Source: Anaeromyxobacter sp.
Lineage (GTDB): Bacteria; Myxococcota; Myxococcia; Myxococcales; Anaeromyxobacteraceae
NCBI GenBank assembly: GCA_049840735.1
Contig: JASGJN010000020.1
Span: forward strand, 320,001-384,000
Length of the DNA stretch: 64,000 bases
Direction: 5' to 3'
Of this stretch, positions 55,577 to 64,000 are shown one piece after another (position 1 is the first letter of the stretch; every line of letters starts with the position of its first letter). The notes below the pieces were generated by a model. That model was not told the DNA's origin. It searched no databases and saw only the letters and a program-made list of their open reading frames with translations. Position numbers and translations under genes: made by a program.

Positions 55577-57643
55577 ATGGCCGACGGGCGGGGTGACGGC
55601 GCGGAGCGGCGCATGCGCGCCATCCGGAACATCGGGATCATGGCCCACATCGACGCGGGCAAGACGACGCTCACCGAGCGGCTGCTCTTCGTGGCCGGCC
55701 GCACGCACAAGATGGGCGAGGTCCACGAGGGCGCCGCCGTCATGGACTGGATGGAGCTCGAGCGCGAGCGCGGGATCACCATCACCTCGGCGGTGACCCG
55801 CTTCGAGTGGTCCGGCCACGAGCTGCACCTCATCGACACGCCCGGGCACGTGGACTTCACCATCGAGGTGGAGCGCAGCCTGCGGGTGCTGGACGGCGCG
55901 GTCGCGGTGTTCGACGCCGCGCACGGCGTGGAGCCGCAGAGCGAGACGGTCTGGCGGCAGGCCGACCGCTACCACGTGCCGCGGCTGGCCTTCGCCAACA
56001 AGATGGACCGCGTCGGCGCCGACTTCGCCATGACGCTGGGCTCGCTGCGCCGCCACTTCCCCGACCACGCCGTGGCCGCGGTGCACCGGCCGCTGGGCGC
56101 GGAGGCGGCCTTCACCGGGCTGGAGGACCTGGTCCACCGCCGCACCGTCACCTTCACCGACTCGGCCGACCCCCGCGCCTTCGCGGTGACCGAGGGGATC
56201 TCCGCCGCCGGCGAGGCGGAGCGGCGCGCGCTGCTGGAGGTGCTGGCCGACCATGACGAGGCCGCCGCCGACGCGCTCCTCTCCGACGCCGACCTGGCGC
56301 CCGAGCCGCTCTCCGAGGCCGTCCGGCGCGCCACGCTCTCGGGGCGGTTCGTCCCGCTGCTGTGCGGCTCGGCACTGCGCAACCGCGGCATCCCCCAGGT
56401 GCTGGACGCCATCTGCGCCTGGCTCCCCTCCCCGCTCGACGTGCCACCGCCGACCGGCCACGCGCCGGAGGGCGGCGAGCCGGTGACCCGCGCCGTCTCG
56501 GAGTCCGGCCCGCTGCTGGCGCTGGCCTTCAAGGTCTCGCTGCTGGACGAGCGGCGGCGCCACGTCTTCCTGCGCGTCTACTCCGGGCGCGTGGCCGAGG
56601 GGGACGCGGTCTGGAACGCCAGCCAGGGCAGGTTCGAGAAGGTGGGGCGCGTGCTGCTCATGCACGCCGCGCACAAGGAGCGGGTCCCGGCGCTGGGCGC
56701 CGGGCAGATCTTCGCGGTGGCGGGGCTCAAGGACACCCGCACCGGCGACACGCTCACCGACAAGGCCCACCCGCTGCTCCTGGAGCGGCTGGGCGCCTAC
56801 GAGCCGGTCCTCTCGCAGGCCATCGAGCCGCCCTCGCAGCGCGAGCGCGAGGCGCTCGACGAGGCGCTGGCGCGCATCGCAGACGAGGACCCCACCTTCC
56901 GCTGGGGCGAGGACCCCGACACCGGCCAGCTGCTCATGTCCGGGATGGGCGAGCTGCACCTGGAGATCGTCCAGGAGCGGCTGCGGCGCGAGTTCAACCT
57001 GGCCGTCCGCAGCGGCCCGCCCCAGGTGCTGCTGCGCGAGACGCTCACCGCCAGCGCGGAGGCCGAGGCGGTCTTCGAGCGGACGCTGGACGAGGGGGCG
57101 CTGTTCGGGCAGGTGGCGGTGCGGGTGGGACCGCTCCCGCGCGGCGGCGGCTTCCGCTTCGAGCTCGCGCCGGGCCTGGCCGCCCTGCCCCACGTGCGGG
57201 ACGAGGTGCGGCGCATGCTGGAGGACGGCGCCCGCGAGGCCGCCGAGGCGGGCGCGCTGGAGGGCCACCCGCTGCAGGACGTGGCGGTCACGGTCACCGC
57301 GGTGGGCTGGCGCGAGGGCGCCTCCAGACCCTTCACCTGCAAGATCGCCTGCGCCGACGCGGTCCGGGCGGCGGCGGTCAAGGCCAGCCCGGTGATCCTC
57401 GAGCCGCTCATGCGCCTCGAGGTGGAGCTACCGGCGGAGCACCTGGGCGAGGTCATCGGGGGCCTGGACCGGCGCCAGGGAACGGTGCTGGACGTCGCCG
57501 AGCGCGGCGCGGCCGTGAAGGTGGTGCAGGCCGAGGCGCCGCTGCGCCGGCTCTTCGGCTACGCCACCGAGCTGCGCTCGGCCACGCAGGGGCGCGCCCT
57601 CTTCACCATGCGCTTCGATCGGTACGACCAGGCCCAGCGCTAG
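55577..57643 (+). CDS. Elongation factor G paralogue
   Basis: [46 protein letters not shown]; not in an rpsL-rpsG context. Confidence 0.9.
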   Translation: MADGRGDGAERRMRAIRNIGIMAHIDAGKTTLTERLLFVAGRTHKMGEVHEGAAVMDWMELERERGITITSAVTRFEWSGHELHLIDTPGHVDFTIEVERSLRVLDGAVAVFDAAHGVEPQSETVWRQADRYHVPRLAFANKMDRVGADFAMTLGSLRRHFPDHAVAAVHRPLGAEAAFTGLEDLVHRRTVTFTDSADPRAFAVTEGISAAGEAERRALLEVLADHDEAAADALLSDADLAPEPLSEAVRRATLSGRFVPLLCGSALRNRGIPQVLDAICAWLPSPLDVPPPTGHAPEGGEPVTRAVSESGPLLALAFKVSLLDERRRHVFLRVYSGRVAEGDAVWNASQGRFEKVGRVLLMHAAHKERVPALGAGQIFAVAGLKDTRTGDTLTDKAHPLLLERLGAYEPVLSQAIEPPSQREREALDEALARIADEDPTFRWGEDPDTGQLLMSGMGELHLEIVQERLRREFNLAVRSGPPQVLLRETLTASAEAEAVFERTLDEGALFGQVAVRVGPLPRGGGFRFELAPGLAALPHVRDEVRRMLEDGAREAAEAGALEGHPLQDVAVTVTAVGWREGASRPFTCKIACADAVRAAAVKASPVILEPLMRLEVELPAEHLGEVIGGLDRRQGTVLDVAERGAAVKVVQAEAPLRRLFGYATELRSATQGRALFTMRFDRYDQAQR

Positions 57644-57715
57644 GCCCCGCCCGGATGGTCCAGGCACGTCCCTGGGGCCGTTGCCCGCGCCGCGGGGGCG
57701 GCGGCATCTTGCCCT

Positions 57716-58177
57716 GTGCCCTGGGTTGCGCTGGCTCTACCGTTGGTGCTCGCTGCTTCGCCCGCGCCGGCCGATGGGACCTCGGCGCTCCGCCCGCTCC
57801 GGGTGGAGCGGGTCGCGGTGATGTCCCGCAGCAGTCACGAGGAGCGCTTGCTGGCCTCGAGCCCGGGGCGCGCCCCGGCGCTGGCCTTCGGACTGGCCTC
57901 CGCTCCGCCCTACCAGGGAGGCGTCTCCAGCGACCTGGCGGGCGCCGGGGCAGACGCAAAGGCCGCGCGGGGCCGGGTCAGCGACCTGGCCCTGCAGCTC
58001 CTGTCGGAGACGCCGATCCGACCGGTGGCAGCGCTGGCCGGCCTGATCGCGCAGTCGCCGCTGCGCGTCCGGATGGATCTCGGTCGCGACGGCCGCGGCG
58101 GCGGCGCCGAGGTGACGGTGGTCCTGCGCTGGCGGCTCGACGCCGGCAACGGCTTCCTGCCGCCCAACCAGCGCTGA
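57716..58177 (+). CDS. Hypothetical protein, possibly secreted
   Basis: Hydrophobic N-terminus; no motif recognised. Confidence 0.4.
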   Translation: MPWVALALPLVLAASPAPADGTSALRPLRVERVAVMSRSSHEERLLASSPGRAPALAFGLASAPPYQGGVSSDLAGAGADAKAARGRVSDLALQLLSETPIRPVAALAGLIAQSPLRVRMDLGRDGRGGGAEVTVVLRWRLDAGNGFLPPNQR

Positions 58178-58339
58178 GAGCGCGTGAAACGGGGCGCCGC
58201 CCTCCTCCTGCGGCACGGGATGACCACATCCACCCCCGGGCGCCCACCCCGGGCATTTCACGCGCAGGCACAGCCCGTCGTACACTCGTCCGCCGAGGGG
58301 TGGGGCGGCCAGGCGGCCGCCGACAGGAGGAACACCGAC

Positions 58340-58828
58340 ATGCGGAAGCTTCTTCTCGGGGTGATGGCTGCGGCGCTGCTCGCCGGGCCGGTGGCGGCCT
58401 GGGCCGGGCCCGGCGTGCTGGAGCTGTCCGCCGGCAGCGGGTTCCTGCTCGAGGGCGAGAACGACCGGATCCCCACCAACCTGATGCTCACCGGCGGCCT
58501 GGACGTGCTCGACACGGTCAAGCTCGAGCTGGGCGTGGTCTACAACCTCGACGACGTCGAGGGCAGCAAGAGCGAGGTGGACCTGCGGCCGATGGTGGTG
58601 GTGGCCCCGCCGCTCTTCCCGCTCTACCTGCGCGGCATCGTGGGCGTGACGGGCCTCAAGGAGGGCCCCACCGCCATGAACTACGGCGGCGCGCTGGGCT
58701 GGCGCCTGGGCGCGCTGGGCCTGGGCGTGTTCATCGAGGCCGGCGCGATGACGCGCAAGGTGGACACGGCCACCGGCGACGACACCCTCTGGATCGGCGA
58801 GGGCCGGATCGGCGGGTACTGGGACTGA
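58340..58828 (+). CDS. Small outer-membrane beta-barrel-like protein
   Basis: AGGAGG RBS, signal peptide (AWA), alternating amphipathic strands, aromatic C-terminus. Confidence 0.65.
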   Translation: MRKLLLGVMAAALLAGPVAAWAGPGVLELSAGSGFLLEGENDRIPTNLMLTGGLDVLDTVKLELGVVYNLDDVEGSKSEVDLRPMVVVAPPLFPLYLRGIVGVTGLKEGPTAMNYGGALGWRLGALGLGVFIEAGAMTRKVDTATGDDTLWIGEGRIGGYWD

Positions 58829-58861
58829 GCGGGCCTCAGGCCTCGGGCTTCGGACATCAGC

Positions 58862-58900
58862 AAAGGCGGCCAGTCCTCGGGGACCGGCCGCCTTTCTTGT
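58862..58900. terminator. Probable bidirectional intrinsic terminator
   Basis: AAAGGCGGCC...GGCCGCCTTTCTT between convergent genes. Confidence 0.65.
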
Positions 58901-58945
58901 CTGGACCGCAGCCCGGGGCCCGCGGTGCGAGGCCTGACGCCTGCT

Positions 58946-60569
58946 TCAGCAGCCCAGCTTCCTGAAGAAGTCGTTCCCCTTGTCGTCGACCAGGATGAAG
59001 GCCGGGAAGTCGACCACGTCGATCCTCCAGACCGCCTCCATGCCCAGCTCGGGGAAGTCGATGCACTCCACCTTCTTGATGTTCTCCTCGGCCAGCACCG
59101 CGGCCGGGCCGCCGATGGAGCCCAGGTAGAAGCCGCCGTGCTTCTTGCACGCGTCGGTCACCTGCTGGCTGCGGTTGCCCTTGGCGATCATCACCATCGA
59201 CGCGCCGTGGGACTGCAGCAGGTCCACGTAGGAGTCCATTCGGCCGGCGGTGGTCGGGCCGAACGAGCCGGAGGGCTTGCCGGCCGGGGTCTTGGCCGGG
59301 CCGGCGTAGTAGACCGGGTGGTCCTTCAGGTACTGCGGCACGCCCTTGCCCTGGTCGATCAGCTCCTTGAACTTCGCGTGGGCGATGTCGCGGGCCACCA
59401 CCAGCGTCCCGCTCAGCAGCAGCGGGGTGGAGACCGGGTGCCGGGACAGCTCGGCCAGCACCTCCTTCATGGGCCGGTCCAGGTCCACCCGCACGCCGTG
59501 CTGGTGCTTGGCCTTCTTCAGCTCCAGCGGCACCAGCCGCTCCGGCGCGTGGTCCAGCTGCTCGATCCAGACGCCGTCCCTGTCGATCCGCGCCTTCACG
59601 TTGCGATCGGCCGAGCAGGAGACGGCCATCGACACCGGGCAGGAGGCGCCGTGGCGCGGGAGCCGGATCACCCGCACGTCGTGGGCGAAGTACTTGCCGC
59701 CGAACTGGGCGCCGATGCCCAGCTTGTTGGCCGCGTCGAGCAGCTTCTGCTCCAGGTCCAGGTCGCGGAAGGCGCGCCCCAGCGCGTTGCCGCTGGTGGG
59801 GAGCGCGTCGTAGTAGTGGGTCGAGGCCAGCTTGACCGCCTTCACGCAGGCGTCGGCGGAGGTGCCGCCCACCACCACGGCGATGTGGTACGGCGGGCAG
59901 GCGGCCGTGCCCAGGTGGCGCATCTTGTCCACCAGGAACTTCTCCAGCCGCTCCGGCGTGAGCAGCGCCTTGGTCTCCTGCCAGAGCTGGGTCTTGTTGG
60001 CCGACCCGCCGCCCTTGGCCAGGAAGAGGAACTCGTACTTCATGCCCTCGCCGGCGGAGATGTCGATCTGCGCCGGCAGGTTGGTGCCGGTGTTGATCTC
60101 CTCGTACATGTCCAGCGCCACCGTCTGCGAGTAGCGGAGGTTCTGGTTCACGTACGTCTCGTAGACGCCCTGGGACAGGTACTTCTCGTCCTTCACGCCG
60201 GTCCAGACCTGCTGCCCCTTCTTCGCCACCACGGTGGCCGTGCCGGTGTCCTGGCAGACGGGCAGCTCGCCGCGCGCCGAGATCTCGGCGTTGCGCAGGA
60301 AGGCCATGGCCACGCCCTTGTCGTTGGGCGAGGCCTCCGGGTCGCGGAGGATCTTGGCGACCTGCTCGTTGTGCTCGGGGCGGAGGAAGAAGGAGACCTC
60401 GCGCATGGCCTCGCGCGCCACCAGGGCCAGGGCGGAGGGGTCCACCTTGAGGATTCTCGTGCCCGTCGAACTGCGTGACCGAGACGCCCTCGCTGGTGAG
60501 GAGGCGGAACTTGGTCTCGTCCTTCCCGAGCGGGAAGGGATCCTGGTACTCGAACGCGGGGGTGGCCAT
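58946..60569 (-). CDS. fumA: Class I fumarate hydratase; frameshift at 60452-60456
   Basis: [54 protein letters not shown]. Confidence 0.92.
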
Positions 60570-60715
60570 CGGGTCTGCTCTCCTTCGCCGGTGCGCTCCG
60601 GTGTAACCGTCGGGCGCGGGAGGTCCATGCCCGGCGCGGGGAGGTAAACCACAGGACGGGCGCACTGTCGATGGGCGGTGCGCCGCGGGCAGCCGTCCTC
60701 CGGGCCCCGCGCCGC

Positions 60716-60946
60716 TCAGCGCAGGAAGAAGAGCACCCCACCCACCGCGCCGGCCAGGCCGGTCACCACGTAGAGCGCTCCAGCCACCATGGCCTGGCGG
60801 CCGGACAGGTGGCCGCCCGAGGTGCGCATGGCCTTGCGGACGAAGCCGTCCCTGATCCCGATCCAGGCCGCCAGCAGGCCGGTCGCGACCAGCACCAGCG
60901 CCACGCCGGCGTGCAGCAGGTTCCCGCGGTCGAGCAGCAATTCCAT
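60716..60946 (-). CDS. Small two-TM membrane protein
   Basis: Two hydrophobic segments in 76 aa. Confidence 0.55.
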   Translation of the reverse strand: MELLLDRGNLLHAGVALVLVATGLLAAWIGIRDGFVRKAMRTSGGHLSGRQAMVAGALYVVTGLAGAVGGVLFFLR

Positions 60947-61127
60947 GGAGGGATCCTAGAGCGCGCGCCGAGCCGGGTCGACTTGCCGCACCGGCCTGGA
61001 CCCCGCGCCTTTTTCGGTCGGGAAGGCCCCCTTCTACGCGAAGGAGGGTTACCCTGTCCCACCCCGTCGTGTTTACTCGCCCGTACCGCGCGCCCGTGCC
61101 GCGCGACCTCCACCGGAACGGTCCGCC

Positions 61128-62462
61128 ATGATCCGTCGCCCCGCCTCGCCCGTCGCGCTGGTCCTGCTCGCCGCCGCGCTGCTTGCTGCCTGCAGCCCGG
61201 CCACCACGTCAGAGCCCGGGGGCTCCACTGGTCCGACCGGGCCGACTGGGCCCACCGGACCGACTGGTCCCACTGGACCGACTGGTCCCACCGGACCGAC
61301 TGGTCCCACCGGGCCGACTGGTCCCACCGGGCCGACTGGTCCCACCGGGCCGACTGGTCCCACCGGTCCCACCGGCCCCACCGGCCCCACCGGCCCCACC
61401 GGCCCCACCGGTCCCACCGGCCCCACCGGCCCCACCGGGCCGACCGGGCCGACCGGTTCGGTGCGAGTGACGGTCGCGCCGGATCCCGGCTCGACCGCGA
61501 CTGGCGGGACCCTTCCCTTCGTCGCGACGGTGACAGGCACGGCGAGCGGCGAGTCCACCTCGGTCACCTGGTCGGTGCTGGAGGCGGGCGGCGGCAGCAT
61601 CTCCTCCGCCGGCGTGTACCAGGCGCCCGGCGCGGCCGGCACCTACACCGTGATCGCGACCAGCGTCGCCGACCCCGACGCCAGCCGTCAGGCCTCGGTC
61701 ATCGTCACGGCCGCGCCCGCCACGACCTTCGCCGACCAGCTCCACGCCATCTCAGGCAAGCGCATCTACTACCAGCACGCCTCGCTGGGTGGTGAGTCGG
61801 TCGGCGTGTACCAGGCCCCCGGCCCCTGGCCGGATCCGTACTGGGGACTCGACGAGATGTGCCGCGCGCACCCGACCGCCGGGACCACCTTGGCCCGGAA
61901 CCAGGGCTACCCGACGGCCCCTCCGCGCACGGTGGCGGTGGGCACGGTGTCCGAGTGGACCCACGGCGCGCTCAACGGAAACGCGCCGGAGAAGCTGCGC
62001 CAGTTCGATCTGGCCATCCGCGCCTTCACCGTCCCGGTGGACGTGGCCATCCTGAAGCTCGGCCTGCCGGACTTCGACCAGCAAGGCTACGTGGTGGGCA
62101 CCGGGATGACGGAGGCGCAGTGGTTCACCAGCGTCTACCAGCCGGCCCTGGCCGCGCTGGAGCGGGACTTCCCGGACACCATCTTCGTGCACGGCACCCT
62201 GCACATCATGATGGCCTCCAACTACTGGGGAAACGCCGCCCGCGAGTCCTGGAACAACCGGCTCCGCACCACCTACCCAGGACGCGTCTGGGATCTCGCG
62301 TACTGGCTGAGCGTGAACCGGGCCGGCAACCGCTGCATCGGGGCGGACGGCGCCCCGTGCATGCACGCCGACTGGCAGATCCCCACCGACGGGCACTGCA
62401 ACCAGCCCGGCGCCGACTGGCTGGGTGAGAACCTCCTGGCGTTCCTGTCCACCGTGAACTGA
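61128..62462 (+). CDS. Collagen-like lipoprotein with Ig-like and SGNH-like C-terminal domains
   Basis: Lipobox LLAAC, (GPT)25, VTWSV...G.Y.AP Ig-like unit, then HASLG...DLA...DGHCN. Confidence 0.75.
   Translation: MIRRPASPVALVLLAAALLAACSPATTSEPGGSTGPTGPTGPTGPTGPTGPTGPTGPTGPTGPTGPTGPTGPTGPTGPTGPTGPTGPTGPTGPTGPTGPTGPTGPTGPTGSVRVTVAPDPGSTATGGTLPFVATVTGTASGESTSVTWSVLEAGGGSISSAGVYQAPGAAGTYTVIATSVADPDASRQASVIVTAAPATTFADQLHAISGKRIYYQHASLGGESVGVYQAPGPWPDPYWGLDEMCRAHPTAGTTLARNQGYPTAPPRTVAVGTVSEWTHGALNGNAPEKLRQFDLAIRAFTVPVDVAILKLGLPDFDQQGYVVGTGMTEAQWFTSVYQPALAALERDFPDTIFVHGTLHIMMASNYWGNAARESWNNRLRTTYPGRVWDLAYWLSVNRAGNRCIGADGAPCMHADWQIPTDGHCNQPGADWLGENLLAFLSTVN
61230..61454 (+). repeat. 25 x 9-bp coding repeat (Gly-Pro-Thr)
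   Basis: GGN CCS ACY units, 225 bp. Confidence 0.95.
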
Positions 62463-62543
62463 CCGGCCTCCTCCGCCCCCAGCAGGGGCTGGATCGTTTC
62501 CTGGCTTCGGGCGTTCCTACCGCAACCCGCAACCGGAGGATCG

Positions 62544-63273
62544 ATGACCCACCACCTGCGTACCCTGCTCGCCCTGCTGGCCCTTCCCTGCGCCCTGGCG
62601 CCGCTCCAGGCGTCCGCCCAGGCCGCTTCCCCTGCCCCGGCGCCTCGCATCATCCAGGTGAGCGGCGACGGCAAGGTGAGCGTCCGGCCGGACGTGGCGG
62701 TGCTGGTGACCGGCGTGGAGGCGACGGGCAAGGACCTGGCGAAGGTGAACAAGGACGCGAACGCCAGGATGAAGCAGATCCTGGCCGCGCTGGCCGAGGT
62801 GGGCGTGGCCGAGAAGGACGTGCAGACGCTCCGGAACGACATCCAGGTGGAGCGGCCCTGGGACCAGAAGGCCGGCCGCCCCGGCCCCATCACCGGCTAC
62901 ACCGTCAACACCGAGGTCCGGGTGAAGGTCCGCAACCTGGACAAGCTGGGGCCCGCCATCGACAAGGTGGTGGCGGCCGGGTCCAACACGCTCCGATTGC
63001 TCTCCTTCGAGAAGGAGGACACCACCGGCGAGGAGGCCCGGGCGCTCGGCATCGCCTACGCCGCCGCGCGGGTGAAGGCGGAGGCGCTGGCCAAGGCGGC
63101 CGGCGGCGCGCTGGGCGAGCCGCTCTCCATCTCGGAGGGGATTCGAGCAGCGCCCCTACCCGATGCCGGCCATGCGCGCCATGAAGGCCGAGGCGGCCGA
63201 CGCCGGCGCGCAGACCAGCGCGGGCGAGGTGGAGATCGCCGCCACCGTCCAGGTCACCTTCGGGATCCGTTGA
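62544..63273 (+). CDS. SIMPL/DUF541 periplasmic protein; frameshift at 63140-63144
   Basis: IQVSGDGKVSVRPD, KDVQT, AR.KAEALA; corrected end ...GEVEIAATVQVTFGIR*. Confidence 0.85.
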
Positions 63274-63333
63274 GCCGGCGGGGGGCGCGCGGGTAGGATG
63301 CGCGCTCTCTTTCGCTCGCGAGGAAGGACGGAC

Positions 63334-63657
63334 ATGGCCAAGCCGAAGATCGACGATTTGGTGAAGGGCAAGGGGCCGGAGGCGGTGCGCGGCAAGACGG
63401 TGGAGGTGCACTACACCGGCTGGCTCACCGACGGCACGCAGTTCGACTCCTCGGTGGGCGGGCAGCCCTTCTCCTTCCGGCTCGGCGCCGGCGAGGTGAT
63501 TGAGGGCTGGGACCGCGGCGTGGCGGGCATGAAGGTGGGCGGCAAGCGCAAGCTGACGCTGCCGCCGGACCTGGCCTACGGCGCCAGGGGCGCCCCGCCG
63601 GACATCCCGCCCAACGCCACCCTGGTGTTCGAGGTCGAGCTTTTGTCGGTGTACTGA
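63334..63657 (+). CDS. FKBP-type peptidyl-prolyl isomerase
   Basis: [34 protein letters not shown]. Confidence 0.95.
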   Translation: MAKPKIDDLVKGKGPEAVRGKTVEVHYTGWLTDGTQFDSSVGGQPFSFRLGAGEVIEGWDRGVAGMKVGGKRKLTLPPDLAYGARGAPPDIPPNATLVFEVELLSVY

Positions 63658-63664
63658 AGCCTTT

Positions 63665-63736
63665 CCTTCGACTCCGCTCGCCCTGAGCGTAGCACCCGCA
63701 CGGCGGGTGCGGAGTCGAAGGGCTCAGGACGAACGG
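63665..63736. repeat. Nested REP-like elements
   Basis: Reverse copy (about 63674-63723) lies inside a forward CCTTCGACTCC...GCTCAGGACGAACGG copy. Confidence 0.85.
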
Positions 63737-64000
63737 GCTCCGGTGCCGGCCAGCGCTGCCACGCCGTGCGAGAGCTTCCCCAGCGCCCGTTCCCGCGACT
63801 CCCGGTCCAGCGTCGCCTGGACCGTGCCGCGGATCCGGGCCGAGAGGGCCTGCGCGCCGTCGTGGTCGGTCAGGGCGGCGCGCCCCTCCTCCACACGCAC
63901 CGGCCGGTGGAAGACGATCTTCCACCGCGCCGGGAGCGGGAGGAGCGAGAGCGGCAGCCCCACCGCCGCGCCCAGCAGCGGCTTCAGCAGCCCGACCGTC
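63724..64000 (-). CDS. C-terminus of a probable lysophospholipid acyltransferase-family protein (start outside window)
   Basis: LLPLPARWKIVFHRPV...IRGTVQATLD resembles PlsC-like C-termini; the catalytic part is not visible. Confidence 0.55.
   Translation of the reverse strand, partial: TVGLLKPLLGAAVGLPLSLLPLPARWKIVFHRPVRVEEGRAALTDHDGAQALSARIRGTVQATLDRESRERALGKLSHGVAALAGTGARSS

Noticed and set aside
57950..57965. GACGCAAAG resembling the c-di-GMP-I (GEMM) core
   Set aside because: Lies within a probable CDS and lacks the upstream GYAAA/GAAA stem.
58836..58937. TCAGGCCTCG / CGAGGCCTGA inverted repeat flanking the terminator as a mobile element
   Set aside because: Only 10 bp, single locus, no target duplication; insufficient support.

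Overview
Very GC-rich (roughly three quarters G+C by eye) chromosomal segment of a Myxococcota bacterium, most likely Anaeromyxobacter-like. The taxon is inferred from a MYXO-CTERM-tailed M36 protease, a myxobacterial-type TonB receptor and the gene set. About 48 genes: a TolC/MFP/RND efflux operon, an ExbB/ExbD/TonB/receptor/lipoprotein import operon, peptidases (M2, M36, Pip), metabolic genes (pgm, aceK, acs, GH57, thiD, purT, tryptophanase-like lyase, class I fumarase), an Att-type ABC/CrtC locus, an SPFH-Zn ribbon-cardiolipin synthase cluster, a divergent EF-G paralogue and a collagen-like lipoprotein. No tRNA, rRNA, CRISPR array, IS or prophage was recognised. Four signals stand out. (1) A REP-like repeat family (about 14 copies at 9 loci) has a fixed TTCGAC...GCTCA core, co-varying outer stems and an exchangeable inner hairpin; it includes paired, tandem, nested and possibly exapted copies. 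(2) A 190-nt rod-like inverted repeat fills a divergent intergenic region and is an ncRNA candidate. (3) Eight single-base insertions in seven genes all convert GATC to GATTC/GAATC, suggesting base-calling errors at a modified GATC motif rather than true pseudogenes. (4) A degenerate IscU/NifU-like gene is translationally coupled to a SaoD/DsrE gene, a possible sulfur relay. All family calls come from recalled motifs, not database searches.
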